Source: Octopus bimaculoides
Lineage: Eukaryota
DNA: 64,000 nt
Reading direction: 5' to 3'
Assembly: GCF_001194135.2 (NCBI RefSeq)
Contig: NC_068982.1
Location: 41,386,366 to 41,450,365, forward strand
Shown here: one piece after another, positions 1-13,214 of the stretch
Layout of the letters: each line of letters opens with the position of its first letter
Position numbering within the stretch: position 1 is the stretch's first letter
Made by a program: the position numbers and the translations under genes
The notes under the pieces: generated by a model
Databases searched by the model: none
What the model was told of the DNA's origin: nothing
Seen by the model: only the letters and a program-made list of their open reading frames with translations

Positions 1-399
1 AGCATACATTTTTAAAATTTATTTTTCCTTGCATCTTTTTTGAGTGAGTGAGTGACAAAGAGAGAGAGAGAGAGAGANNNNNNNNNNNNNNNNNNNNNNN
101 NNNNNNNNNNNNNNNNNNNNNNNNNNNNNNNNNNNNNNNNNNNNNNNNNNNNNNNNNNNNNNNNNNNNNNNNNNNNNNNNNNNNNNNNNNNNNNNNNNNN
201 NNNNNNNNNNNNNNNNNNNNNNNNNNNNNNNNNNNNNNNNNNNNNNNNNNNNNNNNNNNNNNNNNNNNNNNNNNNNNNNNNNNNNNNNNNNNNNNNNNNN
301 NNNNNNNNNNNNNNNNNNNNNNNNNNNNNNNNNNNNNNNNNNNNNNNNNNNNNNNNNNNNNNNNNNNNNNNNNNNNNNNNNNNNNNNNNNNNNNNNNNN

Positions 400-461
<62 letters not shown>

Positions 462-1078
462 CACTCACTCAAAAAAGATGCGAAGAGAAATAAATGAAAA
501 AAATGTACGCTGTCACTCTCTCTCTCCCTCCCACACACACATCAACACCTCTCTCTCTCTCACACATACTTTCTATCTCGCACCCTACCATCAACATATA
601 CACACGTCCCTGTCATTTTCTCTCTCTTTCACTTTATGCTGACGTCAAACGAAATGTACATTTCCAGTTCAAAAAATTTACCAAATGCTGTACCTTAACA
701 GCTGATAGATCATTGACAACTCTGTGACTCAAAACAAAGGATAGCCCTCGCTGAAACTTTTCTCCTGCCACAAAATCTTCGATGATATAATGATACCAGA
801 AATAAATCACTGCTTTAATCCCCACCTCAAAAAAACCTACCATCCAATGAATGGACTGTGCTAAGCTCTACTGTCAGCTTTGGCATGGTTTCTATGACTG
901 AATGTCTTCCCTAACACCAACGACTTTACAGAGAGTACTGGGTGCAAGTAACTCGCATGACAAGATCCTTCAACTGAGCGAGGAATAGGGGTGGCTTTGT
1001 GCTCGGTAATGAGATGTTAGAGTATGATAGAGGGACTAAAACAAGTGTGTTGCTGTAGTGGAGATTCATAGCTACTCC

Positions 1079-1114
<36 letters not shown>

Positions 1115-2426
1115 CTATGTGTGTGTGTGTAATCATTATTGTCATTGTACATTTGCTTTCTAGTTTGGTATGGTTTCTAAGCTCTTCCTAATCCATACTG
1201 CTTTACAGAGTGTACTGGGTATATTTTTTCATGGTACCCACGTAGGAGAGGTTATCATCATTGTCATCTTTTAATGCTCATTGTTCCATTCTTGCATGGG
1301 TCAAATAGAATTTATTGAGTTGATTGGTGTTAGGAATGGAATCCAGCCATAAAAACCCTGCCAAAGCAAACAGCGAAGCCTGGTGCAGTCTTCTGCTTAG
1401 CCAGCCCCAGTCAAACCATCCAACCCATACCAGCATGGAAAATGGTTGTTAAATGATGATGACGATGATGATGTCTGTGGCCAGATGCTCTTTCTGTCAT
1501 CAACCCTAATGTGTTTCCAAGCAAGATAATATTTCCCTGTGGTTAGACATGTTTTCACAGAATATCGGAAATGAATGACACTGCTTGTATGACAGTGACA
1601 CCCATTTACAACTATCATGCAATGTCAAGACAAGGGTATACACAAACAGACACATATGTATTCATACAAACATATATACATACATACATACCTGTATCCC
1701 CCTCATACAATGTGCATGCATGCATGTGTGTGTGTGTGTGTGTGTTGAAACAAGCTAATTTTATTTCCTGAAAACAACTGTTACTGTTTCTGTTGTCAGT
1801 GTTGTTTCAAGGATAAGCTGCCAAATTCCGAACCATTCTGGGTCGATTAGATACCTGTACCCCAGTTGCAACTCCCTCTCTCCTTTCTGTTTAGGTTTTG
1901 CCAATGAGGAAATTTGAGGTCAGCAATACAATCCAATAAAATATACGTCAGTTATACAGTCTCCCCACCATCTTTATGAAGAGAGAGGAGTCTTCAAGAT
2001 GGCCAAATTGATAGAGTACTGGACAACCAGATGAGAGGTTTGTGGTTTGTATCCTATCACTAGCACAACACAGTGTCCATAGCTAGCAGAGACACTTAAC
2101 TCTCAAATGTTTCAGTCCACCCAACTATATAGAGATACTGCAAGGTGGGACACTGTTGTTATCAGCTATGTAGCACTGTAAAATTGATGAATGTGTGATT
2201 AGCTAAAAGAGTAGCAAGTTTAGTTCTTGAGATTACAGCAGGCATGGGGAACCTTCTTGTAAGAAACAGGCCACATAAGACATGGCTTATCATTAGGGGG
2301 ACCACACTACTGAAAAAAATTAATAAAAAATTTCGTTAGGCCTACCAGTCACAAAAGTCCTGAGGGCTGCAGTTTGCCCATGACTGGATCTACAGCTTGG
2401 AGAAGGACTAGCTCTGCTAAGCTGAC

Positions 2427-2652
2427 AACCCTTTAGCGTTTAAACAGGCTGTATCAGACCCAAATATTCTAGCTGTTTTGTGTTCAAACTGGCCAAATCC
2501 AATCTCTCACACCTATCTGACAATGTCATTCTAAAAATAAAGAATCACATCATTGAAATCTTGAAGTTATGAGATGATGCATGATTAATTCAAAAGAAAG
2601 AGTATAAATATACATGACATTTGACAGAGTAATCTGAATGCTAAAAGGTTAA
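2427..2652. mobile_element. piggyBac-type MITE (family also at about 14630-14866, 28120-28351 and 42684-43817)
   Basis: AACCCTTTAGC...GCTAAAAGGTTAA ends; shared interior (caaatattct...ttcaaactggcc...ctctcacacc) across copies. Confidence 0.65.
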
Positions 2653-3209
2653 CCTAAAAACATCACACGAAGCCAAAGTCTTCAAGCAGTGATACTAATG
2701 ACCAAATGGAGTTATGAAACTCACCACTTCTGGTAAGAGTAATAAACTCCTTATCACTTTGATATCCTTTTCATCTAGAAATTACAATTTGAATGGATGA
2801 ATGTTTGCTTTGTATCATTAGTGACATTAAATAGTCAAACTGGTGCATCTGTTGCACAGAGTTCATTATTGATACTGTTGCTGCTATTACTATTTCAACA
2901 GCTGCAAAACATTTGTAAATTTGGTACTTTAGAGTGAGTAGCATTTAGCAGATGAAGTTACAAATCAGTCTATGAATAAGATTCCAAAACGTGACAAACA
3001 ATATTTCCATAAGGTCTGTCTATTTGCTGCTGGATGAATTATTGGTTGGAATGTAGAACAACATGTTCCACCCTGTGATACAATAAGTGAGTTTATGTTC
3101 TGCGTGTGACATGAACCCATGACCTGTAAGTTAAGATCTACAGTTATTTCACCTCCGTACTACTACTGTTGCTAACCTTTAAATGTATCAAAACTTTACC
3201 AGTTTATTC

Positions 3210-3277
3210 TTAGTATTAGTAATAATACACTGGTTAGATTTAATTAGTATTAGTAATAATACACTGGTTAGATTTAA
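3210..3277. repeat. Perfect 34-bp tandem duplication
   Basis: TTAGTATTAGTAATAATACACTGGTTAGATTTAA x2. Confidence 0.9.
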
Positions 3278-3764
3278 GTCATTATATATTTCTATCTTTT
3301 TTTAAATTTATTTTTTTACTTGTTTCAGTTATTGAACCTGCAGTGTTGCTGGGGCACCACCTCAAAGGGTTTAGTCAAACTAACTGACCCCAGTACTTGT
3401 TTATAAGCCTGAAACTTATTCTTTCAGTTTCTTTTGTTTGAATTGCTAAGTTGTGGAAATGTAAACAAAACACCACCGGTTGTGAAGCAGTGGTGGAGGA
3501 CAAACACAAACACATGGTACTCTTTGACTCAGGAGCTATAGTAGAAAACACTTGACCCAGGTGCTGTGCAGTGGGGCTGAACCCGAAATCAGGTTGCAAA
3601 GCGAGTTTCTTAACCACACAGCCTTGTTCACTCCTATGTTAAATTAAATGAAATTAATATTTTTTTAAAAAGGATTTCTCCTGTTCTTCTTTCCTGATTT
3701 ATGAACATTTCCCTGTTTTTGTTGTGATTTCCTTCTTAAACAACTAACTATCCTTTAATCTTAG

Positions 3765-3807
3765 AGATTTCTTTAAGCTTAGAAAGCAGTTTGGAAGAAA
3801 ACAGAAG
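3765..3807 (+). CDS. Putative internal coding exon of unidentified gene 1 (EISLSLESSLEENR)
   Basis: ttag|AGATTT acceptor and GAAG|gtaata donor; 43 nt, phase 1 to phase 2; joins in frame to the 4831 acceptor. No homology recognised. Confidence 0.45.
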
Positions 3808-4830
3808 GTAATATATTATACCATGAAATAAAGTAGGAACTTATGTATTGGGTAGGATTTTTTCCTTGGGTAAGAAGATATCAATGATAAATTTCTTGAG
3901 TAAAATGTTCCAAACATTAATCACAGATTTTGCATTATATTCTCATGCCTCTTTGCTTTAATCATAAGTTAATCCTCTCATAACCAACAATAGTTCATGA
4001 AGGTTGCTCTATAAGCATGGTTACCAGATGAAAAGAAAGCTAATCTTTCTTTGCATATGATGCTGGATCTCACCAGATAATTTTCTCAGAAGCTAAACTG
4101 GCATATATAGAAGCATGTGTTTTGTCAAGAAATACATCAAAATACCATGACCCAAGAGGTGCAAGCCATAATTCTTATACGTGTAAAGTGTATATAATTT
4201 TTATACATGTACAGTGCAAAATAAATGGGAAATGTTAAGTAAATTGGTGGCTTACAGTTCTTAAATAAAATCTTATCCATGCTTGGTCAAGATTTGTGAA
4301 ATAAGATCCATTGCTAGTTCATCTTCCCACAGTTAATGTTACTAATTTTTAAATATATTGAAAACTTTCTGTGTTTATTATTAGTTGTAGTGGCTGTGTG
4401 ATGCAGGCATGGCTGTGTGGCAATAAGTTTACTTTCCAGTCATGGAATGAATTTGCCAGCCAGAAAGAAGGCTATCGTATACATACATGCATGCATGCAT
4501 ACATACATACACGTATGTTTGTTTGTGTATTTGTGTCTCTTTGTCTTGACATAGCATGATAATTGTAAAATGATTGTCACAGTTATATAAGCAGTGTCAC
4601 TTGTTTCTGGTATTCTGTGGGAACTTGTCTGGTAATGGAGAATTATTACCTTGCTTGGCAACAGGTGGTTTGTGGCAGGAAAGGCATCAGTCCATAAAAA
4701 TCAACCTCAGTAAACTCCACCTAACCCATGCAAGCATAAAAAACTGGATGTTAAAGTGATGATAATGATGACGATAGCCAATATTTTATTAATTTGACTC
4801 CTTTTCTCTCTACATAATTTTAGCAAGCAG

Positions 4831-5063
4831 TTATATTTCTCCTTGGACAAACCTAAGAAGTGTAGTGTCATATTCCACAGCTGAGACGTCTCAAGGTCTT
4901 CAGTATAGCACTAAATATATGCTAAGTTCTGCTGCAACTCTCAATGCAAACTGCTACAGTCCTGCCTTATTAAATGACCAAATTCAGTCTAATCCTCCTG
5001 AATATTGGCCACTCGAGGAACAGTATAAAACTCAGCAAACTTCTTCAATGGATTCATTTCAAG
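4831..5063 (+). CDS. Coding exon of unidentified gene 1 (YISPWTNLRSVVSYSTAETSQG...SSMDSFQ)
   Basis: Polypyrimidine tract then tag/aag/cag acceptors (exon start 4824 or 4831); open frame; CAAG|gtaagc donor in phase 1, matching the next exon. Confidence 0.75.
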
Positions 5064-5398
5064 GTAAGCAATTAGCAATATTTTCATGCAACATCTTCGG
5101 ATCAATTCATAATTCTTTTGTGATTTAACTAAAATATAACCCAGATGGTCTCAATATATTTATGTGTGTGTGTATCTCAAACAAAATCACACTGGGTCCA
5201 TTATGCAAATTTAGGCCTTTGATAAGATAATTTTTTTCTCTGACACTCACTACTATAGACTAATTTTAATCCAGACAGTCTCTTCTCCCTATCTTTACTT
5301 CATTATAATAATAATATTTACATATAGGTGCAGGAGTGGCTGTGTGGTAAGTAGCTTGCTTACCAACCACATGGTTCCGGGTTCAGTCCCACTTCATG

Positions 5399-5803
5399 GC
5401 ACCTTGGGCAAGTGTCTTCTACTATAGCCTCGGGCCGACCAAAGCCTTGTGAGTGGATTTGGTAGACAGAAACTGAAAGAAGCCCATCGTATATATGTGT
5501 GTGTGTGTGTGTGTATATGTTTGTGTGTCTGTGTTTGTCCCCCCCAACTTCGCTTGACAACCGATGCTGGTGTGTTTACATCCCCGTAACTTAGTGNNNN
5601 NNNNNNGCACCTTGGGCAAGTGTCTTCTACTATAGCCTCGGGCCGACCAAAGCCTTGTGAGTGGATTTGGTAGACAGAAACTGAAAGAAGCCCATCGTAT
5701 ATATGTGTGTGTGTGTGTGTGTATATGTTTGTGTGTCTGTGTTTGTCCCCCCCAACTTCGCTTGACAACCGATGCTGGTGTGTTTACATCCCCGTAACTT
5801 AGT
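5399..5803. other. Probable assembly artefact: identical SINE segment repeated on both sides of a 10-N gap
   Basis: 5399-5596 recurs from 5607 with no visible differences. Confidence 0.7.
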
Positions 5804-6200
5804 GGTTCAGCAAAAAGAGACCAATAGAATAAGTACTAAGCTTACAAAGAATAAGTCCTGGGGTCGATTTGCTTGACTAAAGGCGGTTCCCAAGCATGGC
5901 CACAGTCAAATGACTGAAACAAGTAAAAAAGAGAATAAAAGAGATAAACATTATAATTATTACTTGTACTGTAATGTTTTGCAGTATGCTGCTAGATTGC
6001 TTTAAATATTGATTTCAAATTTTAGCTCAAGGCCAGTAATTTCTGGGGAGGGGTAAGTTGATTACATCGAACCCCAGTGCTCAACTGGTACTTATTTTAT
6101 TGATCCCAAAAAGATAAAAGGCAAAGTCAATCTTGGTAGAATTTGAACCCAGAAAGTAAAGATATATGACATGCTACTAAGCAGTTTTCCCAGCGTGCTA

Positions 6201-6271
6201 ATGCTTTGAATATCACATGCTTTGAATATCACATGCTTTGAATATCACATGCTTTGAATATCACATGCTTT
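6201..6271. repeat. 16-bp minisatellite (ATGCTTTGAATATCAC) x about 4.4
   Basis: Direct reading of four identical units plus a partial one. Confidence 0.9.
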
Positions 6272-9004
6272 AATGTACTAAATATGTGCTGCAGAAATTG
6301 AAGTGCATTTCATTTGCCCATTCGTCTTTTATGCCATCAAATATTGTATGAGAAATCAAAACTGCTTTGGTGTAAAACTAGGAATAATTCTTTTCTTTTA
6401 TTCTTTTACTTGAAGGATTTTAGTCAAACAAATTGACCCCAGGATTTATTTCCTAAGCCTAGTACTTATTCTATTGGTCTCTTTTGCAGAACCACTAAGT
6501 TATAGGGATGTAAACACACCAACACCAGTTGTCAAGTGGTGATGGACAAACAAACACAGACACAAAAACACACACACACACACATAGATATATACATATA
6601 TAGCTACACCAGGTTCCAGTCTGATTTGGTATGGTTTCTACAGCTGGATACCCTTCCTAATGCCAGCCACTCTAGGAATGTAATGTATGCTTTTACGTTC
6701 CACCGACACAGGTACCATTTACATGACACTGCCAATGGCCACGACTATGATGCACAGGTGCCATTTACGTGGCACTAGTAGCAACTATGACTCCAATTCA
6801 TGGGTGGCATTTACATGGTACTGACAATGACCACGACTACAATTCATCATCATCATCATCGTTTAATGTCTGCCTTCCATGCTGGCATGGATGGGATGGT
6901 TTGACAGGAGCTGCACCAAACTTTTGTAACTGTTTTGGCAGACTTTTTACAGCTGGATGCCCTTCCTAACACCAACCACCCAGCAGAGTGGACTGGATGC
7001 TGGGCACCTGCACTGACAAGGTCACCAAGAAACCTGCGAGGCAAAAATCTTTTGAGAGGGGAGGGAGCATTGGAGGAGGTGATCTTCTGATTCCCTTTAC
7101 AAATCCTCCTGAAATCACTTTACCTTCCAAAAATATTAAAATAAATAGCACTGCAGTACTGATGACATGACTAAATCCTTCACCTAAAATTTGTGGCTTT
7201 GTTCTAAAGATAAAAATGATTTTTTAATTGGTAAGGTGATGGAATAGCAGAAACAGTACTGTGAAATTGAATACCTAGTGGTATTTCTTTACATCCCTTT
7301 CTGTTTTACATTTAAACCCTAGTAGAGGTTAAGTTTGTCTTTTATACTAATGATACACAGTGTGCTCCAGATGGACCACAAGGGATCCATACCAAAGTTT
7401 TTGGTGGTCAAAGGTGAGTTTTATGTCTTGCATAATGCATTATTGTCATCATTGTTTAACATTCACTTTTCCCTGTTCATATGGGTTGGATGGAATTTGT
7501 TTGGTTGCATTTTCTATGGTTGGATGCTCTTCCTGTTGCCAACCCTCACTTATTTTCAAGTAAGGTGATATTTTCCCATGACAAGACATGTCTCAGAAAA
7601 CTGGAAATGAAAGACACCACTTGCATGACAGTGACACTTGTTTACAACTATCGCACAATATCAAGGAAAGATGACAATAACACATGCATGCATGCATACA
7701 CACGCACATGCACACGCGCACGCACGCACGCACACACACACACAACAGACTTCTTTCAGTTTCTTTCTGTCAAATCTACTCACAAGGTTCTTGTCAGCCC
7801 AGGGCTATAGTTGAAGACATTCATCCAAGGTACCACACAGTGGAACTGATTCTGAAACCATGTGATTGTAATTGGAAAGCAAACTCCCTGTCACACAGCC
7901 ACACCTGTGCCTGTTTAATACAGTTTAATATAAATTTATATTTGATGGGCCATGAAGTTTTCATCATTAATTTTGTGGATCACCCTCTGAAAAAGGATGC
8001 ATGATACTGGTTTTTGCCTCCAATTCCAATATAGTGAATGATACAAGTTAAAAACAGCATTTTTTCAAAAAATATGTAACATTGTACAATAGTTAGCAAT
8101 TATATTTCAATTCTTTTGTGACTATATTTCTGATGAATAGACTGTTTTGATTAATTTTTAATATAATGAAATTTGGGAAGAGTTTTGTAAACTATCTGTA
8201 ATTCTTTATAATAGTATATTATTTTAGTATTGACAAATTGAAATCTCAAGATATAATTCATATTATAACAAGCTTTGGTGTGGTAGGTCTCAGATGAGTT
8301 GGAATTAAAAAGGTTAAAACCTCTCCAGTTTCATTTTTTCAACATTTCTGTTACATATTGTAGAGAAATAAATCGAAGAGATTCTTCTTAGTTTCTCTTT
8401 TGTCTTTCTTTCTTTCACTCATTCTCTTCTGTTATGTAACAAAGATGATGAACATTACAGAACAATGGGGCCAAGTCTATAAACCAGTTATTTTTATTGA
8501 TTGATTACAGAGCAGTGGATTGGTGGAATTGTTGATGTATCAGAAAAAATGCTTTGTGCTTAGTAGTAATTTTTCTGGCTCTTTACTTTCTGAGTTCATA
8601 ACCAGCCATGTTTAACTTTGCCTTTCATTCTTTCAGAGTTGATAAAATAAAGTACTAATCAGGTACTGGGAGTTAATATAATAGATTCTTAGAAACCATG
8701 TCAAAACTATGTCATAGAAACCATGTCAAAACAGACAACTGGAGTCCGGTGCAGCTCTACGACAGGACAGCTCCTGTCAAACTATCCAGTGCATGTCAAC
8801 ATGGGAAACAGATGTTAAATGATAATGATGGTGATGATAGTATTGATTAACTGGTGGTGGTGATGATGATGATGTAGTCAAAGTCTGTTAAACTTTATTG
8901 AATTTCCCAGTTGCTAAACATTTGGGATCTCTGTTATGAATTGGGTTGCAAGGCTATCACATACCTTGAGAAATGCAAGAGTGTCACAATTTACTCTTTC
9001 CCAA

Positions 9005-9430
9005 GGCAGCGAACTGCCAGAAACATTAGCACACTGGGCGAAATGCTTTGCGGTATTTCGTCTGTCTTTATGTTCCACCAAGGTCGACTTTGCCTTTCAT
9101 CTTTTCGGAGTCGATAAATTAAGTACCAGTTGCATACTGGGGTAGATCTAATCGACTAGCCCCCTCCCCAAAAATTTCAGGCCTTGTGCCTAGAGTAGAA
9201 AAGAATATTCCAAAACGATAAGGCGGCGAGCTGGCAGAAACGTTAGCATACCGGGCGAAATGCTTAATGGTATTTCGTCTGTCTTTACATTCTGAGTTCA
9301 AATCTCACTGAGGTCAACTTTGCCTTTCATCCTTTCGGGGTCGATAAATTAAGTACCAGTTGTGTAGGGGTTGATCTAATTGACTGCCCCTTCCTCCAAA
9401 ATTTTGGGCCTTGTTCCTAGAGTAGAAAAG
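9005..9430 (+). mobile_element. Two tandem copies of SINE family B (about 9005-9207 and 9222-9430); others about 38095-38300, 38890-39090, 39240-39410 and 45575-45790 on -
   Basis: Shared GGC.GCGAGCTGGCAGAAAC head and GCCTTTCATC.TTTCGG.GTCGATAAATTAAGTACCAG central block. Confidence 0.75.
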
Positions 9431-9950
9431 AATATATTCTTTCTTGTACCACAAGCTTTATTCCCTTTGCCTGCCTAACAAATCAGTAACTGCATATTAA
9501 ATTCCAATGTTCTCATACTTATAATTTATCTTTTACTTTTTACTTAGTTCAGTCATTGGACTGTGACCATGCTAGGACATTGTCCTTGAAGGGTTTTATT
9601 CGAGTGAATGAACTCCAGTACTTATTTTTCTTTTAAACCTAGAACTTATTCTATCTGTCACTTATGCTAAACTGCTATGTCATTGGGATGCAAACAAACC
9701 AACACCAGTTGTCTTGTGGTGGTGGAGGACAAATACAAACACAAAGACACCCCCCCATACACACACATACAATAGGCTTCTTTCAGTTTCCGTCGACCAA
9801 ATCTACTCACAAGGCATTAGTCGGACCAGGGCTATAGTAGAAGACACTTGTCCAAGATGCCACACGGTAGGACTGAACCTAGAACCATGTGGTTGGAAAG
9901 AAAACTTCTTACCACACAGCCACAACATATTTTTTTCTTTTCTCTTGCAG

Positions 9951-10172
9951 ACCTTTCCAGTTTATCAACTACTCTAAAAACTGACGAAAGCAGTGAATCA
10001 AATGAAAATTTATCCTTTCTTGAATATATGCATGGTCAGGAATACCTCTTCAATTCAACAATGCCAGTTTCTGAGGAACCATTTATCTCCCCTGATAAGC
10101 TGTCTCCTATCTTACATAAGTGTTCTGACCAAAGTATATTGGAAATTCCTGAAAGCTATTCAAATTCAAAAG
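9951..10172 (+). CDS. Coding exon of unidentified gene 1 (DLSSLSTTLKTDESSES...IPESYSNSK)
   Basis: tcttgcag| acceptor, AAAG|gtaatc donor; 222 nt, phase 1/1, no stops. Confidence 0.8.
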
Positions 10173-10712
10173 GTAATCATCTATGCCAAAGTATTTCAAA
10201 TTTTTTATTTTACCTTCTTAATGATACTGGCACACCCTTTCTTCTTTATAGCTCTTTTAGAATTTGAATCAAACTGTTTTGATCCATCCATATATATATA
10301 TATATATATATAGTGTGAGTTTGGATGCATATATTATCCAGGCAGATACCATGGTAGCTCTCAGTTGTATTCCAGGTTACACCTAATCACATTAATTAGT
10401 ATTTAACATCTATGACTACTAGGAATTGTCACTCATGCTGTAAATTCCTCCGATGGGTAATTCCATGTTTGCTTCATTTGATGGTAATATCATATGGAGC
10501 GTATATTAGCAATAATTATAATGATAGGGAATATCCTTAAAATTTATTTCCTTTTATTTTACAATGTCATACAGCATGTTTTTATGGTTATGACAACGTA
10601 TACATGTTTGCACAAAGTATGTACAATTGCATATGCAACTGGGCATAATTTTCTGTGCCACTTTTTTCAGGGTCTTTCAACCAGCAAACTGAATTCAGTT
10701 AGTTGTTTATTG

Positions 10713-10786
<74 letters not shown>

Positions 10787-10789
<3 letters not shown>

Positions 10790-11650
10790 GGTGTGATGGG
10801 TAAATTGTCTTGCATTTTATACTTTTAATTATGTGCCTGTGCTTTGTTTGTTTTTGATTTTGTCAACTATACAGTAAAGTAGGGTCAGTTGGGTACCGTC
10901 TGTGAGAAAAACAGCACCATGACACAATTCACTCTGCCAGAAATTTGGAAACAACATGCTGTATTTCTTGGAATTCATGCCAGAAGCTCAATACGAGCAT
11001 TTCAGAGAGTTTGGGTGTCAATCTGAGGACATGTACTAAGAGTGATAAAAATCAAACATCCAGTCAACATCATGGTGTTAAGAGTGATCACTAGTAATGG
11101 CGACATTATGCCTCCATTCATCTTCCCACATGGCCTCAGATTCAACACGGAAGCTTACATCAAGTGCCTGGAGGAGGTAGTGCTGCCCTGGGTCAAAAGG
11201 GTGGAGCTGCTGGAAGACCCTATGTCTGGCAACAGGACTGCACTGTAACACGCAAGCAGGAGAACCCAGTCATGGCTGTCAAACAATTTCTGCGATCACA
11301 TCACCCCTAACATCTGGCTACCTAACTCCCCAGACTGCAACCCCGTTGATTATTATGTGTGGGGCACAGCTGAGGCCAACAAAACTTGCAACACCAAAGA
11401 TGAACTGAAGGCAAGGATTATGGCAGCATTCACCAACTTAAACAAGGCGACTGTTCAGAAGAGCTGTAGGAGATTCTGAAGTCATGTGGAGGTTGTGGAT
11501 GAAGCCAATGTCGATTTTATTGAATAAATTTACTCGTTAGTATTTCAAGATAATTTTATGTAATTTTGGTAAATATATATGTTAAAATGAGATGTCAGTG
11601 TTATTTTCATTTTTGTGTAATTTAGACGACAGTTTATTCACTGCACCCTG
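10787..11650 (+). mobile_element. Internally deleted Tc1/mariner (maT/DD37D-like) transposon relic
   Basis: TA-flanked CAGGGTG...CACCCTG termini; frameshifted transposase with KHPVNIMV, GRPYVWQQD and WLPNSPDCNPVDYYVWG motifs. Confidence 0.85.
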
Positions 11651-11656
11651 TATATA

Positions 11657-12191
11657 CAGGGTGGCAATAAAGTCACTATACAGTTACTTACAATAACAAT
11701 TAAGACAAAGATGGTTAGATGGTTCAATTGACTTTGGATGATTAGATGAGGATTCTCTGAAGCCCAGTAAGTGCAATTGTGTCTGTTTACACTTCCAGAT
11801 AACTTGAATTGTGCTTTGTCAGACCACGCTATCTTATTGAGTAGAGTAGGTGTAACTTCAAACGATTAATGAAGATTTCGCAGAACTGTAAACGACGATA
11901 TCCATCATCTTCAATTGATCCATGATTGAGTCATGGTATGTAAGGCTTGTAGTTTAATTCTTTCAGCATTATCTGAAGCAATCTTCTGTTTATGCCCAAC
12001 CCCGGAGCACGTCGTCTTGTAAACTTCTCTCATTGGTCAGATTAACTTCTGATAAGCTACAATTGTAAACCAACTTTGATGAATTATAAGCTAGTTGTGA
12101 ACCTGTTTCTGTGTTGTGTGTATTGTTTTGCTTTTTTTCTGATTCAGCTTTGGTTTTTTATTATAAGTAACAGTGTCGTGACTTTAATGCC

Positions 12192-12197
<6 letters not shown>
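11657..12197 (-). mobile_element. Second Tc1/mariner-superfamily relic directly adjacent to the first
   Basis: TIRs CAGGGTGGCAATAAAGTCAC / GTGACTTTAATGCCACCCTA within TA repeats; decayed minus-strand transposase fragment (LKELNYKPYIP...DDGYRRLQFCE). Confidence 0.75.
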
Positions 12198-12228
<31 letters not shown>

Positions 12229-13183
12229 NNNNNNNNNNNNNNNNNNNNNNNNNNNNNNNNNNNNNNNNNNNNNNNNNNNNNNNNNNNNNNNNNNNNNNNN
12301 NNNNNNNNNNNNNNNNNNNNNNNNNNNNNNNNNNNNNNNNNNNNNNNNNNNNNNNNNNNNNNNNNNNNNNNNNNNNNNNNNNNNNNNNNNNNNNNNNNNN
12401 NNNNNNNNNNNNNNNNNNNNNNNNNNNNNNNNNNNNNNNNNNNNNNNNNNNNNNNNNNNNNNNNNNNNNNNNNNNNNNNNNNNNNNNNNNNNNNNNNNNN
12501 NNNNNNNNNNNNNNNNNNNNNNNNNNNNNNNNNNNNNNNNNNNNNNNNNNNNNNNNNNNNNNNNNNNNNNNNNNNNNNNNNNNNNNNNNNNNNNNNNNNN
12601 NNNNNNNNNNNNNNNNNNNNNNNNNNNNNNNNNNNNNNNNNNNNNNNNNNNNNNNNNNNNNNNNNNNNNNNNNNNNNNNNNNNNNNNNNNNNNNNNNNNN
12701 NNNNNNNNNNNNNNNNNNNNNNNNNNNNNNNNNNNNNNNNNNNNNNNNNNNNNNNNNNNNNNNNNNNNNNNNNNNNNNNNNNNNNNNNNNNNNNNNNNNN
12801 NNNNNNNNNNNNNNNNNNNNNNNNNNNNNNNNNNNNNNNNNNNNNNNNNNNNNNNNNNNNNNNNNNNNNNNNNNNNNNNNNNNNNNNNNNNNCCTCAAGC
12901 CGACCAAAGCCTTGTGAGTGGATTTTGTAGACAGAAACTGAAAGAAGCCCATCGTATACATGTATGTGTGTGCATATGTTTGTGTGTCTGTGTTTGTCCC
13001 CCCAACATCGCTCGACAACCGATGCTGGTGTGTTTATATCCCCGAAACTTAGCAGTTCGGCAAAAGAGACTGACAGAATAACTACTAGGCTTACAAAGAA
13101 TAAGTCCTGGGGTTGATTTGTTTGGCTAAAGGCAGTGCTCCAGCGTGGCCACAGTCAAATGACTGAAACAAGTAAAAGAGTAT

Positions 13184-13214
<31 letters not shown>

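Noticed and set aside
12-642. Long ORFs across the first gap (and similarly 12076-13018 and 47730-48393)
   Set aside because: They consist of N-gap and dinucleotide repeats, not real coding sequence.
5399-5803. Tandem SINE duplication as a biological event
   Set aside because: Identical copies abut a 10-N gap, which is typical of an unmerged contig overlap.
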